Source: Asticcacaulis sp. UBA2476 (GTDB lineage: Bacteria; Pseudomonadota; Alphaproteobacteria; Caulobacterales; Caulobacteraceae). Taken from it: a DNA stretch of 64,000 nucleotides. The stretch's first letter is position 1, and every line of letters begins with the position of its first letter. The DNA lies in contig DDPE01000075.1 in the NCBI GenBank assembly GCA_002342035.1, positions 12,776 through 76,775 on the forward strand. Reading direction: 5' to 3'. The notes beneath the pieces were generated by a model that saw only the letters and a list, made by a program, of their open reading frames with translations, did not search any database and was not told the DNA's origin. Below, piece after piece: positions 38,649-48,253 of this stretch. A program made the translations under genes and the position numbers.

Positions 38649-39814
38649 TGTTTGATTTCCCGCATCTGAGCTATGGCCATGATGACGATATTACGGCCCT
38701 GCGCGATCTGGCGGCGCGCTTTACTGCGCGTGAGATTGCGCCGCTGGCGGCCACGGCCGATCGTGAGGATCAGTTTCCCATGCACCTGTGGCGACGGATG
38801 GGGGGGACCGGTCTGCTGGGGATCACGGCGCCCGAAGTCTATGGCGGGTCTGGTCTGGGCTATCTGGCCCACACCATTGTCATGGAGGAAATCTCACGCG
38901 CCTCGGCCTCGGTCGGGCTGTCTTACGGTGCCCATTCCAATCTGTGCGTCAACCAGATTGTGCGCAATGGCAATGCCGATCAGAAAGCCCGTTACCTGCC
39001 TAAGCTTATCTCTGGCGAGCACATTGGCGCGCTGGCCATGTCCGAGTCCGGAGCGGGGTCGGACGTGGTATCGATGACGCTCAGGGCGGATAAACGCGGC
39101 GATCATTATGTGCTGAACGGCACCAAGATGTGGATCACCAATGGCCCGGATGCCGATGTGCTGGTTGTCTATGCTCGCACCGATCCGGACGCCGGGGCAC
39201 GCGGCCTGACCGCTTTTCTTGTCGAAAAGGGTTTCACAGGTTTTTCCGTGGCGCAGAAACTCGATAAGCTGGGGATGCGCGGTTCCCATACCGGCGAACT
39301 GGTGTTTGAAGATTGTCAGGTGCCGGTGGAAAATGTGCTCAGTGAGGTCGGGCGCGGCGTCAATGTGCTGATGTCGGGGCTGGACTATGAGCGGGTGGTG
39401 CTGTCGGGCGGGCCGCTGGGGATCATGCGGGCCGGGCTCGATATCGTCATGCCCTACGTCCATGCGCGCAAGCAATTCGGTCAGCCCATCGGCACGTTTC
39501 AGCTTATACAGGGCAAGCTGGCCGATATGTACACCACTTGGGGGGCATGCCGGTCTTATGTCTATGCGGTGGCGCAGGCCTGTGACCGAGGGGAAACGAC
39601 CCGTAAGGACGCCGCGGGTTGTATCCTTTATGCGGCAGAAAAAGCGACCTGGCTGGCGGGGGAAGCGATCCAGTGTCTGGGGGGCAATGGCTATGTCAAC
39701 GAATATGCCACGGGCCGGTTGTGGCGCGACGCCAAGCTGTATGAAATCGGCGCAGGCACGTCCGAGATCCGGCGGATGCTGATCGGACGCGAACTGTTTG
39801 AGGATACCAAGTGA
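38648..39814 (+). CDS. ivd: Isovaleryl-CoA dehydrogenase
   Basis: [49 protein letters not shown]. Confidence 0.95.
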   Translation: MFDFPHLSYGHDDDITALRDLAARFTAREIAPLAATADREDQFPMHLWRRMGGTGLLGITAPEVYGGSGLGYLAHTIVMEEISRASASVGLSYGAHSNLCVNQIVRNGNADQKARYLPKLISGEHIGALAMSESGAGSDVVSMTLRADKRGDHYVLNGTKMWITNGPDADVLVVYARTDPDAGARGLTAFLVEKGFTGFSVAQKLDKLGMRGSHTGELVFEDCQVPVENVLSEVGRGVNVLMSGLDYERVVLSGGPLGIMRAGLDIVMPYVHARKQFGQPIGTFQLIQGKLADMYTTWGACRSYVYAVAQACDRGETTRKDAAGCILYAAEKATWLAGEAIQCLGGNGYVNEYATGRLWRDAKLYEIGAGTSEIRRMLIGRELFEDTK

Positions 39815-39842
39815 TGGAAAAGGCCCCTCGCTGGTTTTTTAG

Positions 39843-39938
39843 TGCCCCTCACCCCAGCCCTCTCCCTATTGGAATGGGGAGAGGGAACGGAAAAGCCCCC
39901 TCTCCCCGCGTGCGGGGAGAGGGCTGGGGTGAGGGGCA
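39843..39938. repeat. 96-bp REPIN/MITE-like doublet with perfect 24-bp terminal inverted repeats
   Basis: TGCCCCTCACCCCAGCCCTCTCCC (39843-39866) is the reverse complement of 39915-39938; two internal CCCTCTCCC..GGGAGAGGG hairpins. Confidence 0.85.
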
Positions 39939-39959
39939 AATTACTATGGGTGAGGGGCA

Positions 39960-40856
39960 ATGACCCGCCCCAGCCGTGTCACCCTGTATGAAGTTGGCCC
40001 GCGTGACGGACTGCAATCCGAAGCGGTCACGGTGCCTGTGCCAGTCAAGATCGACCTGATCAACCGCCTGTCGGCCAGTGGCCTCACCGCCATAGAAGCG
40101 GCCAGTTTTGTTTCCCCAAAATGGGTGCCGCAAATGGCCGACGCCGAGGCGGTCATGGCCGGTATCGCGCGTAACGCACAGGTGAGCTACAGCGCCTTGA
40201 TCCCTAACCTCACCGGTTATGCGCGGGCGATGTTGGCGGGGGCCGACCGGGTCGCGGTCTTTGCCTCGGCATCGGAAAGCTTCAGCCTGAAAAACATCAA
40301 TGCCACGATTGCCGACAGCCTGACCCGTTTCGCGCCCGTGCTGACCGCGGCCAAAACAGATCAGGTGCCGGTGCGGGCTTATGTGTCGTGCGCTTTTGTC
40401 TGCCCCTATGAGGGTAAGATTGCGCCGGAAGCGGTGTTAAATGTGGCACAAAACCTGATCGATATGGGTTGCTATGAGGTGGCCTTAAGCGACACCATCG
40501 GGGCCGCAACACCCGCCGATATGGCGTGTTTGCTTGATCAGGTCTTGCCGCATATTCCGGCGGACAGGCTGGCCGTGCATGTTCATGACACCTATGGGCA
40601 GGCGCTGGCCAATATTCTGACGGCGCTCGATTACGGCATCGCCACCTTTGATTCTTCGGTCGGCGGGCTGGGCGGTTGCCCCAATGCACCGGGGGCATCA
40701 GGCAACGTCGCCACCGAAGACGTGCTTTATATGCTGAACGGGCTGGGGATCGAGACCGGCGTTGACCTTGACGCCATCATAGAGACGGCATGGTTTATCA
40801 GCGATACTTTAGGTCGGTCGCCGCGCTCGAAACTGGCTATGGCTAAAGCCCGTTAA
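39960..40856 (+). CDS. liuE: Hydroxymethylglutaryl-CoA lyase
   Basis: EVGPRDGLQ, SFVSPKWVPQMAD, DTIG, HVHDTYG, GLGGCP.APGASGN. Confidence 0.95.
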   Translation: MTRPSRVTLYEVGPRDGLQSEAVTVPVPVKIDLINRLSASGLTAIEAASFVSPKWVPQMADAEAVMAGIARNAQVSYSALIPNLTGYARAMLAGADRVAVFASASESFSLKNINATIADSLTRFAPVLTAAKTDQVPVRAYVSCAFVCPYEGKIAPEAVLNVAQNLIDMGCYEVALSDTIGAATPADMACLLDQVLPHIPADRLAVHVHDTYGQALANILTALDYGIATFDSSVGGLGGCPNAPGASGNVATEDVLYMLNGLGIETGVDLDAIIETAWFISDTLGRSPRSKLAMAKAR

Positions 40857-40947
40857 GCTGGTATTGACGGCCAGCGCGTTTGAGTCCCATTCAAAACTTA
40901 TATTTAGCCCCCTATAACCAGATACAGCTTTGCTTAAGGGTTGCATC

Positions 40948-41586
40948 ATGCGTCATCTGAAGTTTGCGGCGGGTATTTTAGGGATTGCGGGCCTTGCCTT
41001 GCGTCTGGCGGAGGATGTGCGCCTGCACCGCCTGCGCAAACGTCTGGCGCGGGTATCGGATGAGACCTTCCTGAAAACCGCCCGCAGTTTGAACGCCTTT
41101 GAAAGCAGTCTGGCCCGTCTGGCGCTTGAAAAATCCGCCAATGAAGACGTGCGCGCCTTTGCCGACCATATACTTGAAAAAGAAGGCGATGTCACCGGCG
41201 ACTTGATTGAGATCATGGATATGGCGAGAGAAAACGACGTTTTATCGAGCCAAAGCGCCCGACCGGGCGTCGGCGATCGTTCGCCGCCCTCGCGGAGCCC
41301 CTCTTCGGGCGTGAGCGAAAAGAAACAGGATGAAAGCTTTAAACCGATCTATCATGGCTGGGTCGATGATCTGCAAAACGCCAAAGCCGCGGGCTTTGAT
41401 CAAACCTTTGTCGATGTGGGACAAACCGTTTATCAGGGGGCGGTGTCGGTATTCGAAGCCTATGTCCGCGATGATGCCACCGGCCCGCTCAAGGACTATG
41501 CCGCCCGCAATATCCCGCGCCTTCAGGCTCGGCTCAGCCAGCTTCAAGGGCTTGATCTGTCGGTTCTGCAGCCGGTTGAGGCCTAG
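40948..41586 (+). CDS. DUF4142-like ferritin-fold protein
   Basis: SDETFL..A...NAFE...ARLALEKS...VRAFA; FDQTFV; LKDYA...IP. Confidence 0.6.
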   Translation: MRHLKFAAGILGIAGLALRLAEDVRLHRLRKRLARVSDETFLKTARSLNAFESSLARLALEKSANEDVRAFADHILEKEGDVTGDLIEIMDMARENDVLSSQSARPGVGDRSPPSRSPSSGVSEKKQDESFKPIYHGWVDDLQNAKAAGFDQTFVDVGQTVYQGAVSVFEAYVRDDATGPLKDYAARNIPRLQARLSQLQGLDLSVLQPVEA

Positions 41587-42062
41587 ACCATCGGTGATAC
41601 GTCGCGTTTAAGGCGGCGCAGGCAATAGATCGAGCGGGTGTGCTTTATGCCCTCGAACTTCAGCAATTTTTTACGCAGGAAGGTCTCATAGCCTTCCGGT
41701 CCATCGACCGCGACGATGATCACATAGTCGAATTCGCCGGTCGTCAGATAGACATCTATCACTTCGGGCAATTGCTGGAGATGGCGTGAAAAATTCTCGA
41801 TCTTTTCATCATCATGGTTTTCCAGATTGACCTCGACGATAAAGGTATCGGGCCGTCCGACCTTGGCCTGATCAAGGATGGCCACATAGCCGGATATGAC
41901 CCCGGTCTCCTCCAGACGCTTGATCCGTGACCAGCACGGGGTCTGCGATAATCCGACCTGATCGGCGATTTCCTGCGTCGTCAGCCGGCAATTTGTGCGC
42001 AGCAATCTGAGGATTTTCCGGTCGGTCTCGTCCAGACCTTTGGTATCGGTGGTTCTCGGCAT
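41583..42062 (-). CDS. Lrp/AsnC family regulator
   Basis: LDETDRKIL, VGLSQTPCWSRIKRLEETGVI, TGEFDY. Confidence 0.95.
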   Translation of the reverse strand: MPRTTDTKGLDETDRKILRLLRTNCRLTTQEIADQVGLSQTPCWSRIKRLEETGVISGYVAILDQAKVGRPDTFIVEVNLENHDDEKIENFSRHLQQLPEVIDVYLTTGEFDYVIIVAVDGPEGYETFLRKKLLKFEGIKHTRSIYCLRRLKRDVSPMV

Positions 42063-42234
42063 TTCCCTGTTTCCGGCTATTAATTTTATTCTACGATAAC
42101 ATATATTTTCAGAATTTCATTCCGGATTTTTGCACATAACGCGCAATGATCAGAAAGTAATTTTGCTTTTATGGGGTTAATCTGTCCTGAAAACACATGG
42201 CTTCTCAAGCCATATAAAGTTACAGGAAACGCCT

Positions 42235-45200
42235 ATGCGCACCGGTGTGACGCTTGAGGATAAATACAGGCTGAACGGCGCGTCGGCCTATATGACCGGC
42301 GTGCAGGCGCTGGTGAAGCTGCCGTTGATGATTGCGGCGCGCGACCGTTTGAACGGACTCAATACCGGCGGGTTTATATCGGGCTATCGCGGCTCACCGC
42401 TTGGCACCTACGACCTGCAACTTGAACAGGCCAAAGCCTATCTCGACGCCGCCGATATCGTCGTTCAGCCCGCCGTCAACGAAGATCTGGGGGCTGCGGC
42501 CGTATGGGGATCGCAGCATGTGCCGCTGTTTTCAGGCGCCAAAAAAGACGGTGTGTTTGGTCTGTGGTATGCCAAAAGCCCCGGTGTTGACCGTTCAGGC
42601 GACGCGCTCAAACACGCCAACATGGCCGGTACGTCGCGCTATGGGGGCGTGGTCGCGCTGGTCGGCGATGATCCGGCGTGCAAGTCGTCATCCCTGCCCA
42701 ATCAAAGCGATCACGCCCTGATCGATGCCGAAATCCCGATCATAGCTCCGTCCAGCGTCGAGGAAATCCTCGACTTTGGTTTGCGGGCGTTAGAGATGTC
42801 GCGCTTTGCAGGCTGCTGGGTGGCGCTAAAAACCGTCTCCGACCTGATGGATGGCGGGGCCAGCATCACCCTTCCGTCGCTTGAAGGCAGACCTAATTTG
42901 CCAGACATAGACCTGCCGCCGGAGGGGCTACATATCCGTGTACCTGACCCGCCGCAGGCCAAGGAATTTCGTCACCGCCACTTCCGGCTCCCCGCCGCCG
43001 TGGCCTTTGGTCATTTGAATGGCCTAGACCGGATCGCGCTTAATGCGCCGCGCGCGCGGCTTGGGATTGTGGCGTCGGGCAAGGTCTTTCATCAGGTGAT
43101 GGAGGCCCTCAGCCTGCTGGGTCTGGATGCCGCCGCATGCCGCGACGTCGGTTTGCGGGTGTGGAAGGTCGGCATGGTCTGGCCGCTGGATGGGCAGGCC
43201 GCCACCGCCTTCGCTCGTGGGCTTGAGACCGTGCTGGTCATCGAAGAGCGCCGCGACGTTATTGAGAGCCAACTCCGCAACGCACTCTATCCTTTAACGG
43301 CCCGCCCCCGCATCCTTGGCAAAAAAGACGCCGACGGCCACCCCTTAGTGTCTGAGGTGCTGGAGCTGGAAACGGTTGAGGTCGCGCTCGCCATCGCCCA
43401 TATCATGCCTGATGGCGCGGTCGCACCAGAGCGGCTTCGCAGGTTAACGGCCCGCCACCATAGCCGTGAGCAGACGGTGCCGATCCATGTGCGTAAGCCC
43501 TATTTCTGCGCCGGTTGTCCCCATTCGCGTTCGACCATGCTGCCCGAAGGATCGCGCGCTCTGGCCGGGATTGGCTGTCACTACATGGCGACCTTCCTGC
43601 CGCGCCGGTCGGAACTTTATACCCATATGGGGGCTGAGGGCATTACCTGGATGGGTCAGGCTCCGTTCACCGATGAAGCCCATGTCTTTGCCAATCTGGG
43701 CGACGGCACCTATTTCCATTCCGGCATACTGGCCCTGCGTCAGGCGGTCGCGGCGAACTTAAATATCGCCTACAAAATCCTCTATAATGATGCGGTGGCC
43801 ATGACCGGCGGACAGGCCGTCGATGGCTATCTGACACCCGCCCTATTAGCCGCGCAGGTGGCGGCGGAAGGTGTGAAGTGCATCGTCTTTGTCTCACCGG
43901 AACCCGACCGCTGGCGCAACGATCCGGCCCTGCCTGCGGGCGTGACATTTCGGCACCGCGATGACCTGGAGGCCGTGCAGACCGAACTGCGCGCCACCAA
44001 GGGCGTGACGGTGCTGCTCTATGATCAGGCCTGCGCCACAGAAATGCGCCGCCGCCGTAAGCGCGGTCACGCCCCGACCCTGACGCAGCGGGTGTTTATC
44101 AATGAGCGGGTGTGCGAAGGCTGCGGCGATTGCTCAGTCAAATCGGCCTGCATCGCGGTCGCCCCCAAGGAAACCGAGTTTGGCATCAAGCGTGAGATCG
44201 ATCAGTCGGCCTGCAATGTCGATACCTCCTGCCTGAACGGCTTTTGCCCCAGCTTTATGACGCTTGAGGGGGCGCAGGTGAAGCGGTGGCCCGCCGACGC
44301 CATGACTGGGATTATTTCTGATTTACCGGAAGTGACGCCGCCCACACTTACCGGCACCTTCAACCTGCTGATCACCGGTATTGGCGGGCTGGGGGTGACC
44401 TCACTGGGGGCTATTCTGGGCATGGCCGCTCATATTGACGGCTTGCAAGTCACTGCCGTCGATCAGCAAGGTCTGGCGCAACGGGGTGGCGGGGTCGATT
44501 CCCACCTGCGCCTCAGCCCGAAAGGCGCGACACCCAATGGCCCGCGTATTCCGCTCGGTCAGGCTGATGTCGTCATTGCCGCCGACATGGTGCAGGCTCA
44601 CGCCAAATCGACCCTGCCCCTGATGAATCCCGATAAGACGGTGGTGGCGCTGAACGCTGACCTGACTTCGACGGCGGATTTTACAGTCGATACCCGCACG
44701 CGTTTTGACCGCAACGGCATGACGCGCCGGGTCAGACTGGTCAGCAAGACCCTGACCGAAATAAAGGCGACCGGACTGGCGCGGCGTTATCTGGGCGATG
44801 CGGTCTATGTCAATATGATCCTGCTGGGGGCCGTCTGGCAGGCCGGTCTGATCCCCCTGTCACGCGCCGCCATTACGCAGGCGATCCGGCTGAACGGGGC
44901 GGATGTCGAGGCTAATTTACGTGCCTTTGCTCTGGGGCGGGCACATGCCGCCGGACGGGTCACCGAGGCCACGCCCCTGTCGCCCGCGTTTGATCTTGAC
45001 GCCTTTGTGGCCCGCCGCGTCGTGGATCTGACCGCCTATCAAAACGCCGCCTATGCTGAGGATTATCTGACGCTGGTGGATCGCGCCAAGGCCACCGGCC
45101 ATGCCGGTTTCACTGAGGCCGTGGCGCGCAATTTTTATAAGCTCAAGGCCTATAAGGACGAATACGAAGTCGCCCGCCTGCATACCGATCCGCAGATGAC

Positions 45201-45654
45201 GGCTCTGCGCGACGCTCAGTTTGAGAACACGACAAAGGTCAGTGTCTGGCTGGCTCCGCCGCTGTTGGCGCGCAAAGACCCCGTAACCGGTGTGCCGAAA
45301 AAAATGCGCTTCGGGCCGTGGATATTCAGCGCCTTTGCCGTGCTTAAGCGCTTCAAAGCTTTACGCGGCACGCCATTTGATCCGTTCGGTGCAACGCAGG
45401 AGCGGCGTCTGGAGCGCCAGATGATCGACGATTACCGTGTACTGATCACCCGGCTTTGCGCCGCCTTTACCCCTGCCAAGGCTGACATTTGTGTAGCGCT
45501 GGCCCGTCTGCCCGAAGACGTCAGGGGCTTTGGCCACATCAAGCTTAAATCCATTCAGGACATGCAGTCTCAGCGTGACGCCCTGATGGCGCGCCTGTCC
45601 CGCCCGGTTGCCAAGACCGAAATACCTAACCTTAAGGAAGTCCACCATGTTTGA
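42235..45654 (+). CDS. Fused indolepyruvate:ferredoxin oxidoreductase-family 2-oxoacid oxidoreductase
   Basis: ISGYRGSPLG, FCAGCPH, GIGCH, NLGDGTY..SG (TPP), CEGCGDC...CIA and CNVDTSCLNGFCP ferredoxin motifs, GIGGLGV, YKDEYEVARL. Confidence 0.93.
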   Translation: MRTGVTLEDKYRLNGASAYMTGVQALVKLPLMIAARDRLNGLNTGGFISGYRGSPLGTYDLQLEQAKAYLDAADIVVQPAVNEDLGAAAVWGSQHVPLFSGAKKDGVFGLWYAKSPGVDRSGDALKHANMAGTSRYGGVVALVGDDPACKSSSLPNQSDHALIDAEIPIIAPSSVEEILDFGLRALEMSRFAGCWVALKTVSDLMDGGASITLPSLEGRPNLPDIDLPPEGLHIRVPDPPQAKEFRHRHFRLPAAVAFGHLNGLDRIALNAPRARLGIVASGKVFHQVMEALSLLGLDAAACRDVGLRVWKVGMVWPLDGQAATAFARGLETVLVIEERRDVIESQLRNALYPLTARPRILGKKDADGHPLVSEVLELETVEVALAIAHIMPDGAVAPERLRRLTARHHSREQTVPIHVRKPYFCAGCPHSRSTMLPEGSRALAGIGCHYMATFLPRRSELYTHMGAEGITWMGQAPFTDEAHVFANLGDGTYFHSGILALRQAVAANLNIAYKILYNDAVAMTGGQAVDGYLTPALLAAQVAAEGVKCIVFVSPEPDRWRNDPALPAGVTFRHRDDLEAVQTELRATKGVTVLLYDQACATEMRRRRKRGHAPTLTQRVFINERVCEGCGDCSVKSACIAVAPKETEFGIKREIDQSACNVDTSCLNGFCPSFMTLEGAQVKRWPADAMTGIISDLPEVTPPTLTGTFNLLITGIGGLGVTSLGAILGMAAHIDGLQVTAVDQQGLAQRGGGVDSHLRLSPKGATPNGPRIPLGQADVVIAADMVQAHAKSTLPLMNPDKTVVALNADLTSTADFTVDTRTRFDRNGMTRRVRLVSKTLTEIKATGLARRYLGDAVYVNMILLGAVWQAGLIPLSRAAITQAIRLNGADVEANLRAFALGRAHAAGRVTEATPLSPAFDLDAFVARRVVDLTAYQNAAYAEDYLTLVDRAKATGHAGFTEAVARNFYKLKAYKDEYEVARLHTDPQMTALRDAQFENTTKVSVWLAPPLLARKDPVTGVPKKMRFGPWIFSAFAVLKRFKALRGTPFDPFGATQERRLERQMIDDYRVLITRLCAAFTPAKADICVALARLPEDVRGFGHIKLKSIQDMQSQRDALMARLSRPVAKTEIPNLKEVHHV

Positions 45655-46720
45655 TCATCCCGATTTCGACCACCACGAAAAGATCCTTGAGGTCGATGAT
45701 CCGGATACCGGCCTCAAGGCGATTATCGCCATCCATTCGACCGCCATCGGGCCTGCTGCCGGCGGGTGCCGGTTGTGGACCTATGACAGCTTTGGCGATG
45801 CCAGGCGTGATGCGCTGCGGCTATCGCGCGGCATGAGCTATAAGAACGCCATGGCCGACCTGCCGCTGGGCGGGGGTAAGGCCGTTATTCTGGGGCCGGT
45901 TCATTCTGAGGATCGCGCCGCCCTGTTTCGCGCCTTTGGCCGGGCGGTCGATAGTCTGGGCGGGCAATATATCACCGCCGAAGATGTCGGGGTTGGGGTG
46001 GCCGATATGAAGATGGTCGCGACCCAGACGCGCTTTGTGTCGGGGCTGGCCACGGGCGCCGGCGGAGTCGGCGGTGATCCGTCACCCTTTACCGCGCGCG
46101 GGGTCAGGGTCGGTATCGAAGCGGCAGTGCGCGCTCGTTTGGGCCGCGACAACCTTAATGGGGTGCGCGTGGCGGTGCAGGGGCTGGGCGGCGTCGGCGG
46201 CCACCTGTGTCAGGAACTGCATGAGCGTGGGGCGCGGCTGATCGTGGCCGATATCAACCCGGATCGCGTGGCCCTGATGCAGTCGCGTTATCAGGCCGAT
46301 ATCGCAAGCGTTGACAGCATATTGGTGCAGGACGCCGATGTCATCGCCCCCTGCGCTTTGGGCGGGGCGATCACCGAAGCGGTGGCTGCCCGTTTGAAAG
46401 CACCGATTGTCGCAGGCGGTGCCAACAACCAGCTTTTGACGCCTCAAGCCGGTGAGATCCTGGCCGATCGCGATATTCTGTACGCGCCGGACTATGTCAT
46501 CAATGGCGGCGGCATCATCATGGTCAGCGGCGAATATCTGGGCGGCCAGACCTTAGAGGGCGTACTGGCTCAGGTTGATGCCATAGGCCCACGGCTGGAG
46601 GGTATTTTTGCAGCAGCCAAACGCGACAGCCGCATGACGCAGGATATTGCCGACACTCTGGCGCGGGCCAAGCTGATGGCGGCGCGGCAAATAAAGACAC
46701 GCATCACCGAAACCGTGTAA
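45647..46720 (+). CDS. Glu/Leu/Phe/Val dehydrogenase (leucine dehydrogenase-like)
   Basis: AIHST..GPA.GGCR, GMSYKNA, GGGKAV, YITAEDVG, QGLGGVG, GANNQL, APDYVINGGG. Confidence 0.92.
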   Translation: MFDHPDFDHHEKILEVDDPDTGLKAIIAIHSTAIGPAAGGCRLWTYDSFGDARRDALRLSRGMSYKNAMADLPLGGGKAVILGPVHSEDRAALFRAFGRAVDSLGGQYITAEDVGVGVADMKMVATQTRFVSGLATGAGGVGGDPSPFTARGVRVGIEAAVRARLGRDNLNGVRVAVQGLGGVGGHLCQELHERGARLIVADINPDRVALMQSRYQADIASVDSILVQDADVIAPCALGGAITEAVAARLKAPIVAGGANNQLLTPQAGEILADRDILYAPDYVINGGGIIMVSGEYLGGQTLEGVLAQVDAIGPRLEGIFAAAKRDSRMTQDIADTLARAKLMAARQIKTRITETV

Positions 46721-46729
46721 AACGGTCGC

Positions 46730-47740
46730 ATGACCTCAGATCTGATGGTTAGCCGAGTGGGTGACGTGGGCCGGATCACGCTGAACCGGCCCAAAGCCCT
46801 GCACACCCTGACCCTTGCGATGGTTGAAGCGATGGCGCAGGCGCTTAGCGGCTGGCGCGATGATCCGTCTGTGGCGCGCATCCTGATCGACCATGCCGAG
46901 GGCACGCGCGGGTTTTGCGCCGGGGGTGATATTCGGGCTCTGGCCGACAGCGTGCGGGGCGATGGCAAGCGTATGGAAGCGTTTTTTGCCGCCGAATACC
47001 GGCTGAATGTCCTGATCCATAACTACCCCAAGCCGGTCATCGCCCTGATGGACGGCGTCGTCATGGGCGGCGGCGTCGGGATTTCGGTTCATGGCGCGCA
47101 CCGGATCGCGACCAAAAATACCGTCTTTGCCATGCCGGAAACGGCGATCGGGCTGTTTACGGATGTGGGCGCGGGCTGGTTTTTGCCGAGATTACCCGGT
47201 GAATTGGGTACATGGCTGGCGCTGACCGGGGCGCGCCTGAAGGGGGCGGATGTGGCCGCTGCCGGTATTGCCACCCACTATGTGGCCGATGCGACAGAGT
47301 TTAAGTCGGCCATTCTGGGCGGCGGTGATGTGAGCGGCCACGCGGAACTTGTGGCTGCCCCCACTTGCGCACCGCACATGGCCGAGATCAACCACGCATT
47401 CGCCTGCGATACCGTGCCGGAGATTATCACAGCCCTTGAGGCCGGTAGCGACTCGGGGCAGGCGCAGGCGCAGATACTCAAAACCCGCTGTCCGGTATCC
47501 ATGGCGGTGACCCTGAAACATCTGCGGATGGGCCGCGCCATGATCCGCTTTGAGGACGTAATGATTCAGGAATACCGGCTGGCGCGCCGCCTGACCCGCC
47601 GGCCTGACTTTGCCGAGGGGGTGCGCGCTGTGGTGGTCGACCGTGACCAAAATCCGCGCTGGTCACCGGCACGCGTGGAGGACGTCGATAACGCGCTGAT
47701 CACGGAACTCTTCACACCTCTGTCACCTGAGTTGTTCTAA
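46730..47740 (+). CDS. 3-hydroxyisobutyryl-CoA hydrolase-like crotonase
   Basis: LNRPKAL, FCAGGDI, EYRLN, MGGGVG, AMPETAIG, DFAEGVRA..VD.D.NPRW. Confidence 0.85.
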   Translation: MTSDLMVSRVGDVGRITLNRPKALHTLTLAMVEAMAQALSGWRDDPSVARILIDHAEGTRGFCAGGDIRALADSVRGDGKRMEAFFAAEYRLNVLIHNYPKPVIALMDGVVMGGGVGISVHGAHRIATKNTVFAMPETAIGLFTDVGAGWFLPRLPGELGTWLALTGARLKGADVAAAGIATHYVADATEFKSAILGGGDVSGHAELVAAPTCAPHMAEINHAFACDTVPEIITALEAGSDSGQAQAQILKTRCPVSMAVTLKHLRMGRAMIRFEDVMIQEYRLARRLTRRPDFAEGVRAVVVDRDQNPRWSPARVEDVDNALITELFTPLSPELF

Positions 47741-47802
47741 GGCGATAATACACTTAAGTTGGCAGGCGTAAGAGCGCATCCCGAAAACCGGAGGCCTGCC
47801 GT

Positions 47803-48207
47803 ATGATAACCGAACAGACCGCTATCGTTCTTGGCCCCGGTGAGGGCCGACGCTATCCGCTGGGCCGCATGACCAGCATCTTTAAATCGGATGGTGAAGA
47901 AACCTCCGGCCGCTATTCGATCTCGGAATGGTGGCTTGAGCCCTATACCCGCGGGCCGGGCAAGCACGTCCATAGCGACAACGAAGACATCTTTTACGTC
48001 ATTGAAGGCCGTGTGGCGTTTTTAGTGGGGGATCAGTGGATTGACGCCGCCAAAGGGTCGTTCGTGCGCGTGCCCGCCGGCGTGATCCACGATTTTGAAA
48101 ACCAGTCGCCGGACCGTGCCGGTGTGCTCAATATCTATATTCCCGGCGGTTTTGAGGATGATATGCCGGGGATAGTTGACTGGTTTCAGAAAAATCCGGT
48201 CGATTAA
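47803..48207 (+). CDS. Cupin domain protein
   Basis: HVH...EDIFYVIEG and VPAGVIHDF. Confidence 0.85.
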   Translation: MITEQTAIVLGPGEGRRYPLGRMTSIFKSDGEETSGRYSISEWWLEPYTRGPGKHVHSDNEDIFYVIEGRVAFLVGDQWIDAAKGSFVRVPAGVIHDFENQSPDRAGVLNIYIPGGFEDDMPGIVDWFQKNPVD

Positions 48208-48213
48208 GTGCAC

Positions 48214-48246
48214 AAAAAACCCCGGCAGACATGCCGGGGTTTTTTT
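48214..48246. terminator. Bidirectional rho-independent terminator
   Basis: AAAAAACCCCGGCA-GACA-TGCCGGGGTTTTTTT. Confidence 0.92.
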
Positions 48247-48253
48247 AACTTGA

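Noticed and set aside
39843-39960. Possible CRISPR or ncRNA reading of the palindromic repeats
   Set aside because: There is no regular repeat-spacer periodicity and no cas genes; the pattern fits dispersed REP/MITE-like elements.
47761-47800. GGCAGGC...GCCTGCC hairpin touching the cupin RBS
   Set aside because: A 7-bp GC stem is common by chance at this GC content, and there is no riboswitch signature.
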